A stretch of 64,000 bases of DNA from Vicinamibacteria bacterium (GTDB lineage Bacteria > Acidobacteriota > Vicinamibacteria > Marinacidobacterales > Marinacidobacteraceae). The position numbers and the translations under genes are program-made. The stretch spans positions 2,944,001-3,008,000 of the forward strand of contig OY821641.1 of the NCBI GenBank assembly GCA_963555995.3, written 5' to 3'. Numbering within the stretch: the stretch's first letter is position 1; each line of letters begins with the position of its first letter. The notes below the pieces were generated by a model, which saw only the letters and a list, made by a program, of their open reading frames with translations, was not told the DNA's origin and did no database searches. Below, one piece after another: positions 24,168 through 34,109 of this stretch.

Positions 24168-25367
24168 ATGTCTCGTCCTCCCGGTTTCATTCCTCGCGCG
24201 ATCACGCCCGCCCTGCGCCGTCTGCGCGCCGGGTTCCCGGTCGTCTGTCTGACGGGCGCGCGCCAGGTCGGGAAGACGACCCTCGTGCGGGCGGAGTTCC
24301 CCGAACTCCCGTACGTCTCCCTGGAGCCTCCCGACGTTCGCGCCGAGGCGGTGGAAGATCCCCGCAAGTTCCTCGCCCGCTGGCCGCGGGGAGCCATTCT
24401 GGACGAGGTGCAACGCGCCCCCGACCTCCTGTCCTATCTCCAGCCGCTCGTGGACGAGCGTCCCGATGAGCTCCGTTTCGTGCTCACCGGCTCCCAGGAC
24501 TTCGCGGTGTTTCAGCGGGTGAGCCAGTCGCTCGCCGGCCGAGTGCTGTCGCTCGAGCTCCCCGCATTCACCTATCGCGAGGCATTCGGCGACCGCCGGC
24601 CGCCGCTCGACGTCGTCCTGACCTCCGGCATGTTCCCCCCGGTGCACGCGCGCGGCGCGGACTTCGGCGCCTGGCTCGATTCGTATGTGGACACGTTCCT
24701 GGAGCGCGATGTTCGCCAAGTGACCCTGGTGCGGGACCTGCTGCGCTTCCGCAAGTTCCTTCAACTCTGCGCCGGGCGGACCGGACAGGTGCTCAACGTC
24801 ACCCGCTTGGCGAACGACGCCGATGTGACCCGCGTGACGGTGATGGAATGGATGGCCATTCTCGAATCCCACTATGTGACCTGGCGCCTCCCACCGGCGG
24901 TCGGGAGCGTCCGCAAGCGGACCATCCGGGCGTCCAAGCTGTATTTCCATGACGCCGGCCTCGCCGCCCGGCTCCTGGGAATCACCGGGCCGGAAATGCT
25001 CGCGCTCCACCCGCTGCGTGGAGCCATCTTCGAGACCTGGGTGGTGTCGGAAATACGCAAGCATTTCCGGAACCGCGGGATCCGGGCGCCGCTCGGATTC
25101 TGGGAGCCCCAGGGCGGCCGGGGGGTGGATCTCGTCATCGGGCGCGAGCCCGTCTGGAGCGCGGTGGAGATCAAGACCTCAGTCGGGTACCGCCCGGAAC
25201 TGGTCCGGGGTCTCCGTCACTGGGCGGAAGTCTTCGAAGCTCCCGAGGCCCGCGCCGTTCTCGTTCACGGCGCCGAGGAGAGCGAACCCCACCGCTCGCC
25301 CCCGACCGCGAGCTTCCGCGACATCGAATCCGTTGTAGAACGAATCCTGGGCGCAACCCCCGGGTAG
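24168..25367 (+). CDS. AAA+ ATPase with DUF4143 / C-terminal PD-(D/E)xK-like domain
   Basis: GARQVGKTT, ILDEVQRAP, VLTGSQ, FLERDVR, KLYFHDAGL, GAIFETWV, VDLVI...AVEIK. Confidence 0.9.
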   Translation: MSRPPGFIPRAITPALRRLRAGFPVVCLTGARQVGKTTLVRAEFPELPYVSLEPPDVRAEAVEDPRKFLARWPRGAILDEVQRAPDLLSYLQPLVDERPDELRFVLTGSQDFAVFQRVSQSLAGRVLSLELPAFTYREAFGDRRPPLDVVLTSGMFPPVHARGADFGAWLDSYVDTFLERDVRQVTLVRDLLRFRKFLQLCAGRTGQVLNVTRLANDADVTRVTVMEWMAILESHYVTWRLPPAVGSVRKRTIRASKLYFHDAGLAARLLGITGPEMLALHPLRGAIFETWVVSEIRKHFRNRGIRAPLGFWEPQGGRGVDLVIGREPVWSAVEIKTSVGYRPELVRGLRHWAEVFEAPEARAVLVHGAEESEPHRSPPTASFRDIESVVERILGATPG

Positions 25368-25392
25368 CACCGTTCATCGGGACGTCACGACC

Positions 25393-25416
25393 GGGAGCGC
25401 CGGTCTTCAGACCGGC
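25393..25416 (+). repeat. REP-like palindrome
   Basis: gggagc-gccggtct-tc-agaccggc. Confidence 0.8.
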
Positions 25417-25476
25417 ATCGCGGCCGCCGGCCGCGAAACTCCCTGGTCACTCGCCCGACATCGACTGCCCGACAGA

Positions 25477-25847
25477 TTGACCGGAGCTTTGACCGGAGCT
25501 CCCTTCGTTTGACCGGAGCTTCGGTCAATTGACCAGAGCTTTGACCATTGCTCCGGCCGTTTGACCGGAGCTTTGACCATTGCTCGACCGGGTTTGACGG
25601 CAGTCGTCGGGAGAATCCGGGCAATAGCTCCGAAATCGGTCACGACCGGCCCGAAAGACCGAATTCAGGCCGAAAAAGACCGATTTCGGCCGAAAGAACC
25701 GATTCCAGCGGCAACCGCTGGATCATCCGAATACGGCGGGGCAACGCCGGAATTCAGGGGAATTGACCCCAGCTCCGGTCAATTGACCCATGCTCTTGAC
25801 CGGAGCTCCCATCAATTGACCGGAGCTTTGACCGGAGCTCCGGTCAA
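25477..25847. repeat. Array of TTGACCGGAGCT-like 12-mers in two clusters, with three 20-bp-period repeats between them
   Basis: Copies at 25477, 25489, 25509, 25529, 25541, 25561, 25573, 25763, 25783, 25796, 25816, 25828. ggccgaaa(a)gaccga(a/t)ttc-like units at 25648, 25668, 25688. Confidence 0.9.
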
Positions 25848-25900
25848 TTTCTGGTCGGAGGTGGAGAAGACCGCACCCCGCGCCTGAAGGTGGCGCGTAC

Positions 25901-25960
25901 GGCTTGGAACGCCGGTCTCCAGACCGGCACGCGCGCCGCTCCGCGGCGCGCACGTCGCAA
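25901..25960 (+). repeat. REP-like palindrome plus GC-rich accessory segment
   Basis: ggcttggaac-gccggtct-cc-agaccggc-acgcgcgccgctccgcggcgcgcacgtcgc, similar to the reverse complement of the units at 9.1-9.2 kb and 35.1 kb. Confidence 0.8.
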
Positions 25961-26007
25961 CTCCACCCGCCCACATGGCTGTACTACCGGGACCGCCAGT
26001 CTTCAGG

Positions 26008-26355
26008 TCAGGCCGGCGCCGCCCGCCCGCTGATGCCCTGGTTGGACTCCTGCTTCTCGGGGCAGCGGTCGGCGATGGCGGTTTTCACGGCTTCGAGGTG
26101 CTCTTGAGCCTCGCGGACCCTCTTGGCGTGACGCCACTCGTCGTCTCCCTGGTTGGAGCGAGCGTGAACGTCACCCATGAGGTCGCGGGTGTCCAGGTCC
26201 GTGGTATCGCCTCCGAGCGTGCGGACCGTCCGCTCCGCGTCCTCCAGCTCGGCCTCCAACGCTTCGCAGGTCATCTCGGGAGGGAACGCCGGCGGCTTCG
26301 CGCAGCCGCCAACGAGAGCAACGGCGGGAACGAGCAGGAGGGTGAGTCTGGTCAT
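26008..26355 (-). CDS. Small putative lipoprotein
   Basis: MTRLTLLLVPAVALVGGC lipobox, AAGGAGG RBS. Confidence 0.7.
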   Translation of the reverse strand: MTRLTLLLVPAVALVGGCAKPPAFPPEMTCEALEAELEDAERTVRTLGGDTTDLDTRDLMGDVHARSNQGDDEWRHAKRVREAQEHLEAVKTAIADRCPEKQESNQGISGRAAPA

Positions 26356-26414
26356 GGTTCTTCCTCCTTCGGAATCGCCGGCCCTGCCGAGTCGGACACA
26401 TGATCCCAGAACGC

Positions 26415-26448
26415 AAAACGGGGGAGCCTCCGGAGAGGCTCCCCCGTT
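26415..26448 (-). terminator. Rho-independent terminator of the TonB receptor gene
   Basis: aacgggggagcctc-cgga-gaggctcccccgtt hairpin ending in TTTT on the minus strand, about 50 bp after the stop. Confidence 0.8.
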
Positions 26449-26500
26449 GAAGTGTCCCGTCCGGCGGGCGCCGGAGCGCCCGCCGGATCAGGAAAGTTGC

Positions 26501-29359
26501 TTAGAACAGCAGCTTCACGGTGAAGCGGATGATCCGCGGCGGCAGCACCCGCGACGGCTGCAGGTAGCGCGAGCCGAAGCCCGTGATCAGCGCGTCCGCC
26601 TTCTGCGAGTTGAAGATGTTCGCGAAGTCGGCGCCGATCTCGATCCGGGCCTGGTCAATGTCGAACCCCTTGCGGAAGTTGATGTCGAGCAGGTCGGTGA
26701 TGGTCTCGGTGCGCTCGTCGCCACGCTCGTAGGCGTAGATGGACTCCGAACCCTGCACCAGCCCCGTGGCCCGCGCGGTGGAAACCAGCGGGTTGCCGGC
26801 CCGGGCCCGGTAGTTCCAGGCGATCTGGATGTCGAGCGGAGCGATGTAGCTGCCCGCCACGTTGAACACCCACGGCACGTCGGTCAGGACCGCGCCGTCG
26901 AGCCGGTTGATCTCGCGGTTCGGGTTGTTCCAGTCGGTGCCGTCGTACGGCAACCCGTGCGGAACGCCGCGGTGACTGGAGAAAGTCGCCCCTCCGAGCA
27001 ACTGCCAGCGGTTCGAGAACCGCTTCTGGAGCTGGAACGCAACCCCGTTGTAGTTGGTCTGCAGCTTCTCGAGGTTGGTGATCGTGTTGTCCTGCAGACC
27101 CCGGTACGCCTCCTGGAGTTCGTACACCTCGTACGTCGCCTGGGGACAGGTCGCGCACTCGAAGCTGGTCAGCGTGTAGGCCGACGGCGGCCGCGCCAGG
27201 TTCAAACGCCCGAGGGAATCCCGGTGTTGGCGGCGGTGGTAGGTGGCGCTGAACGAGACCTCGGTGCCGAGGGTCATGTCCACGCCGAGCGAAATGTCGT
27301 CGCTGTAAGGGCGGCCCGCGTCCTTGTCGTAGGGCGAGGCGCCAGCGCCCGAGAAACCGTTGAACTCGGAGAGATCCACTTCGGGGCTGTCCGCCAGCGT
27401 GCCGGACGGGCCGATGTCCACCAGCCTGTCGCCGTCGAGGTCGTTCCAGCCGACCCACGCGGAGCGACCGGCGTTCGGGTTCGCGGCCCCGGAGAGCGCG
27501 TTCCCCATCTGCGTGTAATAGCGGCCCCAGCCGCCCTTCAACGCCGCCCGGCCGTCGCCGAAGAGGTCGTAGGCGAAGCTGAGCCTCGGCCCGACGTTCA
27601 TCGGCCAGTCGGGGAATCCGCCGATCTCCGACGTAACCTCGAAGGACGCGTCGGTGAGCTGCTCCGAGATGGCGGCCCAGGTCCCAGCCGGGCTGCTCTG
27701 CACGGGGACGTAGCCGTAGACGCCGTCGAGGCGGACACCGATGTTCAGGGTCAGCCGGTCGCCGATGGTCCAGGCATCCTGCGCGTAGAGGGCCCACGTG
27801 TTCAGCCGCTCGTGGGACGTCTTGGGGGTCCGGGAAATGTTGATCCGGGTCGGTACGCCGTCGCTGAGTTCACCGAAGGCATCGCCGCTCTTGAACTGGC
27901 GGCTCTCGATGTACTCGCGGGAGGCTTGTCCGCCGACCTTGAAGTTGTGCGAGCCGCCGGCAGTGTCGAGGTAGTATGTCAGCGAACCGTTGAACTGGTT
28001 CCGGTGGTTCGGACCCCACGATTCGCCGCGCGGGTCCGCGTTGAAGAGTTCCGCCCGAACCGGATCGCGCACGGCGATGTCGTTCTCCGTGCAGGGCCGG
28101 GCGTCCGGATACTCATCCACGGGAATGCCGCAGTACTCCGAATACAGGATGTAGGGAGTCACACCCGTCATGCGCCCGAAACGCAGATCGAGGAGCGCCG
28201 CATCGCCGAGCACCCGGTTGTAGGAGGCGATGTAGTTGTCGGCCCACTGATCCTGGAAGCGCGCGAGCTCGTCGGCCACCGCGGTGTAGGGAGGGTCGCG
28301 CCGGTGATAGCGGTCCTTCCAGTTGCGCTGGAGCGTCACCGAAAGCCGGTCGTTGTCGGTGGCCTGTAAAGTGAACTTGCCGCTGAGGTTGCGGATCCGG
28401 TTGTCGTCGATTGGCTGCGGCCCGACATAGTCGGCCGGGGTGCTGACCTCCTGCTCGTGGATCCAGTCGCGGTAGGCGGTGAAGAACCACGCCTTGTCCC
28501 GGACGATCGGCCCGCCGAGGGTGCCGTTGATGTCAAGCGACTTGGTGATGGGGGCCCCGCCCGCCTCGGCGGGTTCTCCCTGGAGATCCACCGCGTTCCA
28601 GAGCCCGATCGCGTCGCCGCTGAACTCGTTGCCGCCGGTCTTCACGACCATGTTCATCAGCACGCCGCCGGTGTCGGACTCGGCCGTGTGCTGCGAGGTC
28701 TGGAAGTTGAACTCCTCGTACATGGAGAAGCCGTAGTACTGCATCGTCCAGCCGCCGGTGCTGCCGGGCCAGTTCACCTTGAGGCCGTCCACGCTAAAGG
28801 TCTGCATGGCCGCCGACGATCCGAACATTTCCATGCCGTACTGCTGCATGCCGTTGCTGCCGCCGACGTCGATCCGCGTGGTCACCATGCCCGGCACCAG
28901 TCCGGCCATGACCCACGGGTTCCGTCCGGTGGGAACGGCTTCGAGCAGTTCGCGCTCGATGTTGGTCTGGACGGTGGCGCTCCGAACATCGACGACGGGT
29001 GCGTCACCGGTAACGGTCACGGTTTCCTCGACGCCCGAAATCCCCAGCGAGGCGTTCACCTCAAGGGTGCGGGCCACGCTGAGCCGGACGCCTTCCTGCA
29101 CCACCGTCTGGAACCCGGAGAGGGCGAAGCTGACGCTGTACTCACCCGGCGGAAGGGCCGGATGGCTGTACGAGCCTCCGGCTCCGGTGGTCGTGCTGCG
29201 GGGCGCGATCAGCGCGGGGCTGTTGACGGTCACCGTCACCCCGGGGAGGACGGCCCCCTGTTCATCGGTCGCCGTCCCGGTGATCGTGCCCGTCTGCTGG
29301 GCGAACGCCGGGACCGCCGCAAGCATCGCGAGCGCGACCAGAAATGCGGTCTTACGCAT
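26501..29359 (-). CDS. TonB-dependent receptor with carboxypeptidase-regulatory-like domain
   Basis: MRKTAFLVALAMLAAVPAFAQQTGTITGTATDEQGAVLPGVTV, LGGPIVRDKAWFF, YAQDAWTIGDRLTLNIGVR, terminal PRIIRFTVKLLF. GAGGAGG RBS. Confidence 0.92.
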   Translation of the reverse strand: MRKTAFLVALAMLAAVPAFAQQTGTITGTATDEQGAVLPGVTVTVNSPALIAPRSTTTGAGGSYSHPALPPGEYSVSFALSGFQTVVQEGVRLSVARTLEVNASLGISGVEETVTVTGDAPVVDVRSATVQTNIERELLEAVPTGRNPWVMAGLVPGMVTTRIDVGGSNGMQQYGMEMFGSSAAMQTFSVDGLKVNWPGSTGGWTMQYYGFSMYEEFNFQTSQHTAESDTGGVLMNMVVKTGGNEFSGDAIGLWNAVDLQGEPAEAGGAPITKSLDINGTLGGPIVRDKAWFFTAYRDWIHEQEVSTPADYVGPQPIDDNRIRNLSGKFTLQATDNDRLSVTLQRNWKDRYHRRDPPYTAVADELARFQDQWADNYIASYNRVLGDAALLDLRFGRMTGVTPYILYSEYCGIPVDEYPDARPCTENDIAVRDPVRAELFNADPRGESWGPNHRNQFNGSLTYYLDTAGGSHNFKVGGQASREYIESRQFKSGDAFGELSDGVPTRINISRTPKTSHERLNTWALYAQDAWTIGDRLTLNIGVRLDGVYGYVPVQSSPAGTWAAISEQLTDASFEVTSEIGGFPDWPMNVGPRLSFAYDLFGDGRAALKGGWGRYYTQMGNALSGAANPNAGRSAWVGWNDLDGDRLVDIGPSGTLADSPEVDLSEFNGFSGAGASPYDKDAGRPYSDDISLGVDMTLGTEVSFSATYHRRQHRDSLGRLNLARPPSAYTLTSFECATCPQATYEVYELQEAYRGLQDNTITNLEKLQTNYNGVAFQLQKRFSNRWQLLGGATFSSHRGVPHGLPYDGTDWNNPNREINRLDGAVLTDVPWVFNVAGSYIAPLDIQIAWNYRARAGNPLVSTARATGLVQGSESIYAYERGDERTETITDLLDINFRKGFDIDQARIEIGADFANIFNSQKADALITGFGSRYLQPSRVLPPRIIRFTVKLLF

Positions 29360-29761
29360 GGAGAACCTCCTCACGAGGCGTGGTTCGAAGGGCCGAGTCC
29401 GGGCAGCCAGCCTGGTGGCGCCGGAGGGAATGCGCGTTGGTTGGACGCCGCCGCCCCGTGAGGGCGCGTCCGCGCGCAATCGGCCGAAAAGGATGGAAAG
29501 TCAATTCGAGAGAAAGTATCACGCAAGGGTCATTCCCTGCCAGTACACAGTTCAGGGCCGGAATGCAAGAGCGATAACGTCCATTTTTTCAAGGGTTTAT
29601 GAAATGGACCGCCAGCGTCGCCACCGCGTCCCGGTTCGGGTTTCCGGTTTTTCGAACCGCAAGTCCAACGAGCCGTAGTTTCGTGGCGATCGTCCTCGTT
29701 CCGCCGGCCGGGGCGGCGCGGTGTCCGGAACCTGCGGCGGTCCGGGGGTCCGGACCGCCGC

Positions 29762-30660
29762 GCCGGTTTGGAACGCCGGCTTCAGCCGGCACAGCCTGCC
29801 GCAGGCGGGCAGCGGGACGGATCTCATCTGCCGGGATGGCGCGAAGGCCCGGAACGCTAGCCACTCGTTCCTTCATGGCGCCTTGCCGGCCCACGCGCCA
29901 TGCCGGCAGGAGCCTTACGTCGTTCCGCTGCGCTCTGCGCAGCGGGTGCCGGCTGAAGCCGGCGTTCCAAGCCGTTTCGCCGTTCTCATGGCCGGCGGGG
30001 TGCGCCGGAAGACACGCGCATGGACGTTGCTGTGAAAATGCGACTCCCGTGGGTCCGTCACCAGCCGTGATGGCGCCGCCGGCTTGGAGCGCCGGCTTCA
30101 GCCGGCACAGCCCGCCGCAGGCGGGCGGCGGGACGGATCTCATCTGCCGGGATGGCGTGAAGGCCCGGAACGCTGGCCACTCGTTCCTTCATGGCGCCTT
30201 GCCGGCCCACGCGCCATGCCGGCAGGAGCCTTACGTCGTTCCGCTGCGCTCTGCGCAGCGGGTGCCGGCTGAAGCCGGCGTTCCAAGCCGTTTCGCCGTT
30301 CTCATGGCCGGCGGGGTGCGCCGGAAGACACGCGCATGGACGTTGCTGTGAAAATGCGACTCCCGTGGGTCCGTCACCAGCCGTGATGGCGCCGCCGGCT
30401 TGGAGCGCCGGCTTCAGCCGGCACAGCCCGCCGCAGGCGGGCGGCGGGACGGATCTCATCTGCCGGGATGGCGCGAAGGCCCGGAACGCTGGCCACTCGT
30501 TCCTTCATGGCGCCTTGCCGGCCCACGCGCCATGCCGGCAGGAGCCTTACGTCGTTCCGCTGCGCTCCGCGCAGCGGGTGCCGGCTGAAGCCGGCGCTCC
30601 AGGCCCTTCTGCCGTCTTCATGACCGGCGGGGTGCGCGGGAGGAGACCCGCATGGACGTT
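29762..30660. repeat. Tandem array of a 316-bp unit (~2.8 copies), each with two inverted REP-like hairpins (BIME/REPIN-like)
   Basis: Near-identical units start near 29768, 30084 and 30400. Each contains gga(a/g)cgccggcttcagccggca and tgccggctgaagccggcg(t/c)tcc. Confidence 0.92.
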
Positions 30661-30690
30661 TCTGCCGGTGGCGGTTCCCGGCCGGCAGTG

Positions 30691-30812
30691 CTATCTGCGC
30701 TGGCTGGGACCCGCGCGTGCGGAGTCGCTGGCGCCGCCGATATCGTCGGCGTCCGGTGGGCGGCCCATGAGGACGTTCTCGATGCGGAGAAAGCGGTTGT
30801 CTATCTGGAGGC
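30691..30812 (-). pseudogene. Start-less paralogous 3' fragment of the adjacent coiled-coil gene
   Basis: Translates LQIDNRFLRIENVLMGRPPDADDIGG...stop, versus IENRLVRIENILMGRAPDADGVS in 31012..31353. In-frame TGA upstream and no ATG/GTG/TTG start before the homologous block. Confidence 0.6.
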
Positions 30813-31011
30813 TTTTGTTGGTGCTTTCTGCTTTCCTCGGGTGCGACGCCAGCGAGCGACGAACTTGGGAAGGCCCTCGCTGGCCGGGCGCATCCGCCCG
30901 CTCATTTCGGAGTCAATCTCGCGAGTCTCAGGGTCCGCAGCAATCCCGGCGTTGATCGCCGCCTCCTCGCCAAACCGAGCAGCGATCTCGGCAAACGGCA
31001 AACCGGCGAAC

Positions 31012-31353
31012 TCAGGACGCTGTTCTGTCCTCGACGTTGTTGGGCCGAGCGTCGGGATCACTCACTCCGTCGGCGTCGGGGGCGCGGCCCATCAGGATGT
31101 TCTCGATCCGCACCAGGCGATTCTCGATGCGGTTCTCTATCTGGCCCATGCGGTTTTCGATCTCGCCCATGCGGTTCTCGATCTGGACGAAGCGGCTGTT
31201 CATCGTGTTCTCAAGAGTGTCCACGCGGGACGCGAGGCCGTTCACGGTGCCCTTCAACTCACCGACATCGGAGACGCCCTTGGTGAGAAGCCCGAGCACG
31301 AAAACGAGCAGGACCGCCCCACCGATCCTGGTCCAGAGCGTGAGCATCTTCAT
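31012..31353 (-). CDS. Small membrane-anchored coiled-coil protein with IENR heptad repeats
   Basis: N-terminal TM (IGGAVLLVFVLGLL), then IENRMGE-IENRMGQ-IENR-IENRLVR-IEN. GGAGG RBS. Confidence 0.7.
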   Translation of the reverse strand: MKMLTLWTRIGGAVLLVFVLGLLTKGVSDVGELKGTVNGLASRVDTLENTMNSRFVQIENRMGEIENRMGQIENRIENRLVRIENILMGRAPDADGVSDPDARPNNVEDRTAS

Positions 31354-31429
31354 GTTCCCGAGTGACCTCCCTACGGGAACGAACACTACCGCATCCGGCC
31401 GACTTCCGCCGTGCGCAGCGCGCGGCCCG

Positions 31430-32785
31430 CTACAACGTCTGCCGGGCGGCTGCGATCTGCGTGCGGATGTCGCCGGGGCCGCCGCGGATGGAGCGGCGGT
31501 TGACGGACGCCCGGTAGTCCCAGACGGTCTTCACGTCGTCTTCGAACGCCGGGGCGAACCCGCGCAGGGTGGCGAGATCCAGGTCGGGCGGCTCGACGGA
31601 CTCCCGGTCGCAGTGGGCGAAGACCTCGCCGGCGACCCGGTGGGCGTCGCGGAACGGCAGACCCCGTTCGACGAGGTATTCCGCGAGGTCCGTCGCGAGG
31701 AGGTCCCAGGAGAGCGCGGCGCGCATTCGCGCTTCGGAGATCTCCATCGTCCCGATCGTCCCTTCGGCGACGGGGAGCGCGAGCTGGAGCGTGTCCAGGG
31801 TGTCGAAGCAGGGCTCCTTGTCTTCCTGGAGATCCCGCTGGTAGCCGGAGGCGAGTCCCTTCCCCACGGTGAGGAGCGCCACCAGGTTGCCGATCAGCCG
31901 GCCGGCCTTCCCGCGGATCAGCTCGCAGCCGTCGGGGTTGCGCTTCTGGGGCATGAGGCTCGACCCCGTGGACCAGGCGTCGCCGAGACGCACGAAGCCG
32001 AACTCGGCGGACGACCAGAGCACCAGGTCTTCCGCGAGCCGGGAGAGATGCACCCCCAGGATGGCCCCCGCGGCGAGGAACTCCATCGCGTAGTCGCGGG
32101 TTCCCACCGCGTCCACGCTGTTTTCGAGGACTTCCGCGAGGCCGAGCTCGTCGGCGATGGCCTGGCGATCCACCGGGTAGGGGTTCCCGGCAAGCGCGCC
32201 CGCGCCCATCGGTGAGGCGGAGGCCCGCCGGCCGGCGGCCTCGAGACGCTCGCGGTCGCGCGTCAGGGCCCAGAAGTGGGACAGCAGGAGGTGTCCGAAG
32301 ACCACCGGCTGGGCGCGCTGGAGATGGGTGTATCCCGGGACCAGGGTGTCCGCCGACTCCTCGGCCCGGACGAGCAGGGCCGTCCGCAGCCGGTCGAGTC
32401 CCACAACCAGCGACGACGTCGCGCTCGTCAGGTAGAGCCGGAACTCCGTCTGGGAGAGATCGTTCCGGCTCCGCCCGGTCGGGAGTTTCCGCGCCAGTTC
32501 GCCGATCTCGTCGCCGAGCAGCCGCTCGACCGCGGTGTGGATGTCCTCGTCGTCGAGGGGCGGCGGCGGATCGGCGCCGAGCGCCGCGGCCACCCGGTCG
32601 AGTCCCGCCAGCATCCGCTCGAGTTCGCCGGCATCCAGCAACCCCGCCCCGGCCAGCGCACGGGCGTAGGCCTGGTTGACGCGGATCTCCTCCGCGTGCA
32701 GCCGGCGGTCGAAGTGGACGGACTTCCCCAGCCGGTCGAGCGCGCCGGCCGGCGGCGCGGCGAACCGGCCGCCCCAGAGCTTCAT
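31430..32785 (-). CDS. argH: Argininosuccinate lyase
   Basis: MKLWGGRF, EDIHTAVE, TGRSRND, PGYTHLQRAQP, STGSSLMPQKRNPD, RDLQEDKE. Confidence 0.98.
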   Translation of the reverse strand: MKLWGGRFAAPPAGALDRLGKSVHFDRRLHAEEIRVNQAYARALAGAGLLDAGELERMLAGLDRVAAALGADPPPPLDDEDIHTAVERLLGDEIGELARKLPTGRSRNDLSQTEFRLYLTSATSSLVVGLDRLRTALLVRAEESADTLVPGYTHLQRAQPVVFGHLLLSHFWALTRDRERLEAAGRRASASPMGAGALAGNPYPVDRQAIADELGLAEVLENSVDAVGTRDYAMEFLAAGAILGVHLSRLAEDLVLWSSAEFGFVRLGDAWSTGSSLMPQKRNPDGCELIRGKAGRLIGNLVALLTVGKGLASGYQRDLQEDKEPCFDTLDTLQLALPVAEGTIGTMEISEARMRAALSWDLLATDLAEYLVERGLPFRDAHRVAGEVFAHCDRESVEPPDLDLATLRGFAPAFEDDVKTVWDYRASVNRRSIRGGPGDIRTQIAAARQTL

Positions 32786-33996
32786 GATTCCTCGTTCGGC
32801 GCGTCCGCGCCGGACAGACGCCGGATGCGCTCGGGAAGGCCGAAGAGGCGGATGAACCCCTCGGCGTCCGACTGCCGGTACACCTCGTCGGCGCCGAAGG
32901 TCGCGAAGTCTTCCCGGTAGAGGCTCTTCGGGCTCTTGCGTCCCACCGCCTGGGCGACGCCCCGGTGGAGGCGCACCCGGACCGTCCCCGTCGTGTTCCG
33001 GTGCGCCTCGGCGAAGAAGGCGTCGAGGGCCTCCCGGAGCGCCGAGAACCACTTGCCGTCGTACACCAGCTCGGCGTAGCGAAGCGCGACGGAAGCGGCG
33101 AAATGGTCGGTCGCCCGGTCGAGGGTGAGGCTCTGGAGGGCGGCCTTCGCTTCGTGGAGGATCGTGCCGCCCGGGGTCTCGTACACCCCGCGCGACTTCA
33201 TCCCGACCAGCCGGTTCTCGACGATGTCCACCCGGCCGACCCCGTGCCGCGCCCCCGCCTCGTTCAGCCGGGTGAGCAGGGCGGCCGGGGCGAGGCGCTC
33301 GCCGTCCACCGCCACCGGGATTCCGCTCGCGAAACCGACGTCCACCGCCTCCGGGTCCGGCTCCGTGCGGTCCGGATTCCGGGTGATGCGGTAGAGGCTC
33401 GCCGGCGGGGCGTTCCAGGGATCCTCCAGGTCCTCGCCCTCGTGGCTCAGGTGCAGGAGGTTCTGGTCGCGGCTGTAGAGGTCGCCCGCCTTCTGTTCGA
33501 CGGGCACGCCGTGCTGCGCCGCGTAGGCGAGGGCGTCCTCCCGCGACCGGATATCCCAGAGGCGCCAGGGGGCGATCACCTCGAGATCCGGGGCGAGCGC
33601 GTGGAAGGCAAGCTCGAAGCGGACCTGGTCGTTCCCCTTCCCGGTGCAGCCGTGGGCCACCGCGTCGGCGCCTTCCCGCCGGGCGACGTCCACTTGGTAC
33701 TTGGCGATCGTCGGCCGGGCGAGCGAGGTGCCGAGCAGGTAGCGGCCCTCGTACACGGCGCCGGCCCGCACCGCCGGAAAGACGTAGTTGCCCACGAACT
33801 CGTCGCGGAGGTCCTCGACGAACACCGCGGCGGCCCCGGAGGCGATCGCCTTCTCCGACGCGGCCTCGAGGTCCTCGTTCTGGCCCACGTCGGCGATGAC
33901 CGCGAGGACCTCGGCGTCGTAGTTCTCCCGGAGCCAGGGGATGGCGCAGGAGGTGTCAAGGCCGCCGGAATAGGCGAGGGCGATACGTTTTGGCAT
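32782..33996 (-). CDS. argG: Argininosuccinate synthase
   Basis: LAYSGGLDTS, YLLGTSLARP, HGCTGKGNDQVRFE, ENRLVGMKSRGVYETPGG. Confidence 0.98.
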   Translation of the reverse strand: MPKRIALAYSGGLDTSCAIPWLRENYDAEVLAVIADVGQNEDLEAASEKAIASGAAAVFVEDLRDEFVGNYVFPAVRAGAVYEGRYLLGTSLARPTIAKYQVDVARREGADAVAHGCTGKGNDQVRFELAFHALAPDLEVIAPWRLWDIRSREDALAYAAQHGVPVEQKAGDLYSRDQNLLHLSHEGEDLEDPWNAPPASLYRITRNPDRTEPDPEAVDVGFASGIPVAVDGERLAPAALLTRLNEAGARHGVGRVDIVENRLVGMKSRGVYETPGGTILHEAKAALQSLTLDRATDHFAASVALRYAELVYDGKWFSALREALDAFFAEAHRNTTGTVRVRLHRGVAQAVGRKSPKSLYREDFATFGADEVYRQSDAEGFIRLFGLPERIRRLSGADAPNEES

Positions 33997-34109
33997 GGCG
34001 ATACGGGTCCGAATCCGGCGCGCGGAATGGGGGAAGCGGCAACGGGCTGCGTGAATCCGGAGCAGCGCGAAGGGCGGGAAACGAGCCGGGGCGCGGAGAA
34101 TACTGTCTC

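Noticed and set aside
25477-25847. CRISPR array
   Set aside because: Repeats are only 12 bp, spacers are 0-8 bp and not unique, and no cas genes are present.
29762-30660. CRISPR array or protein-coding repeats (ORFs 29589-30588)
   Set aside because: The spacers are themselves identical, and the ORFs are translations of REP hairpins in several frames with no protein-like signal.
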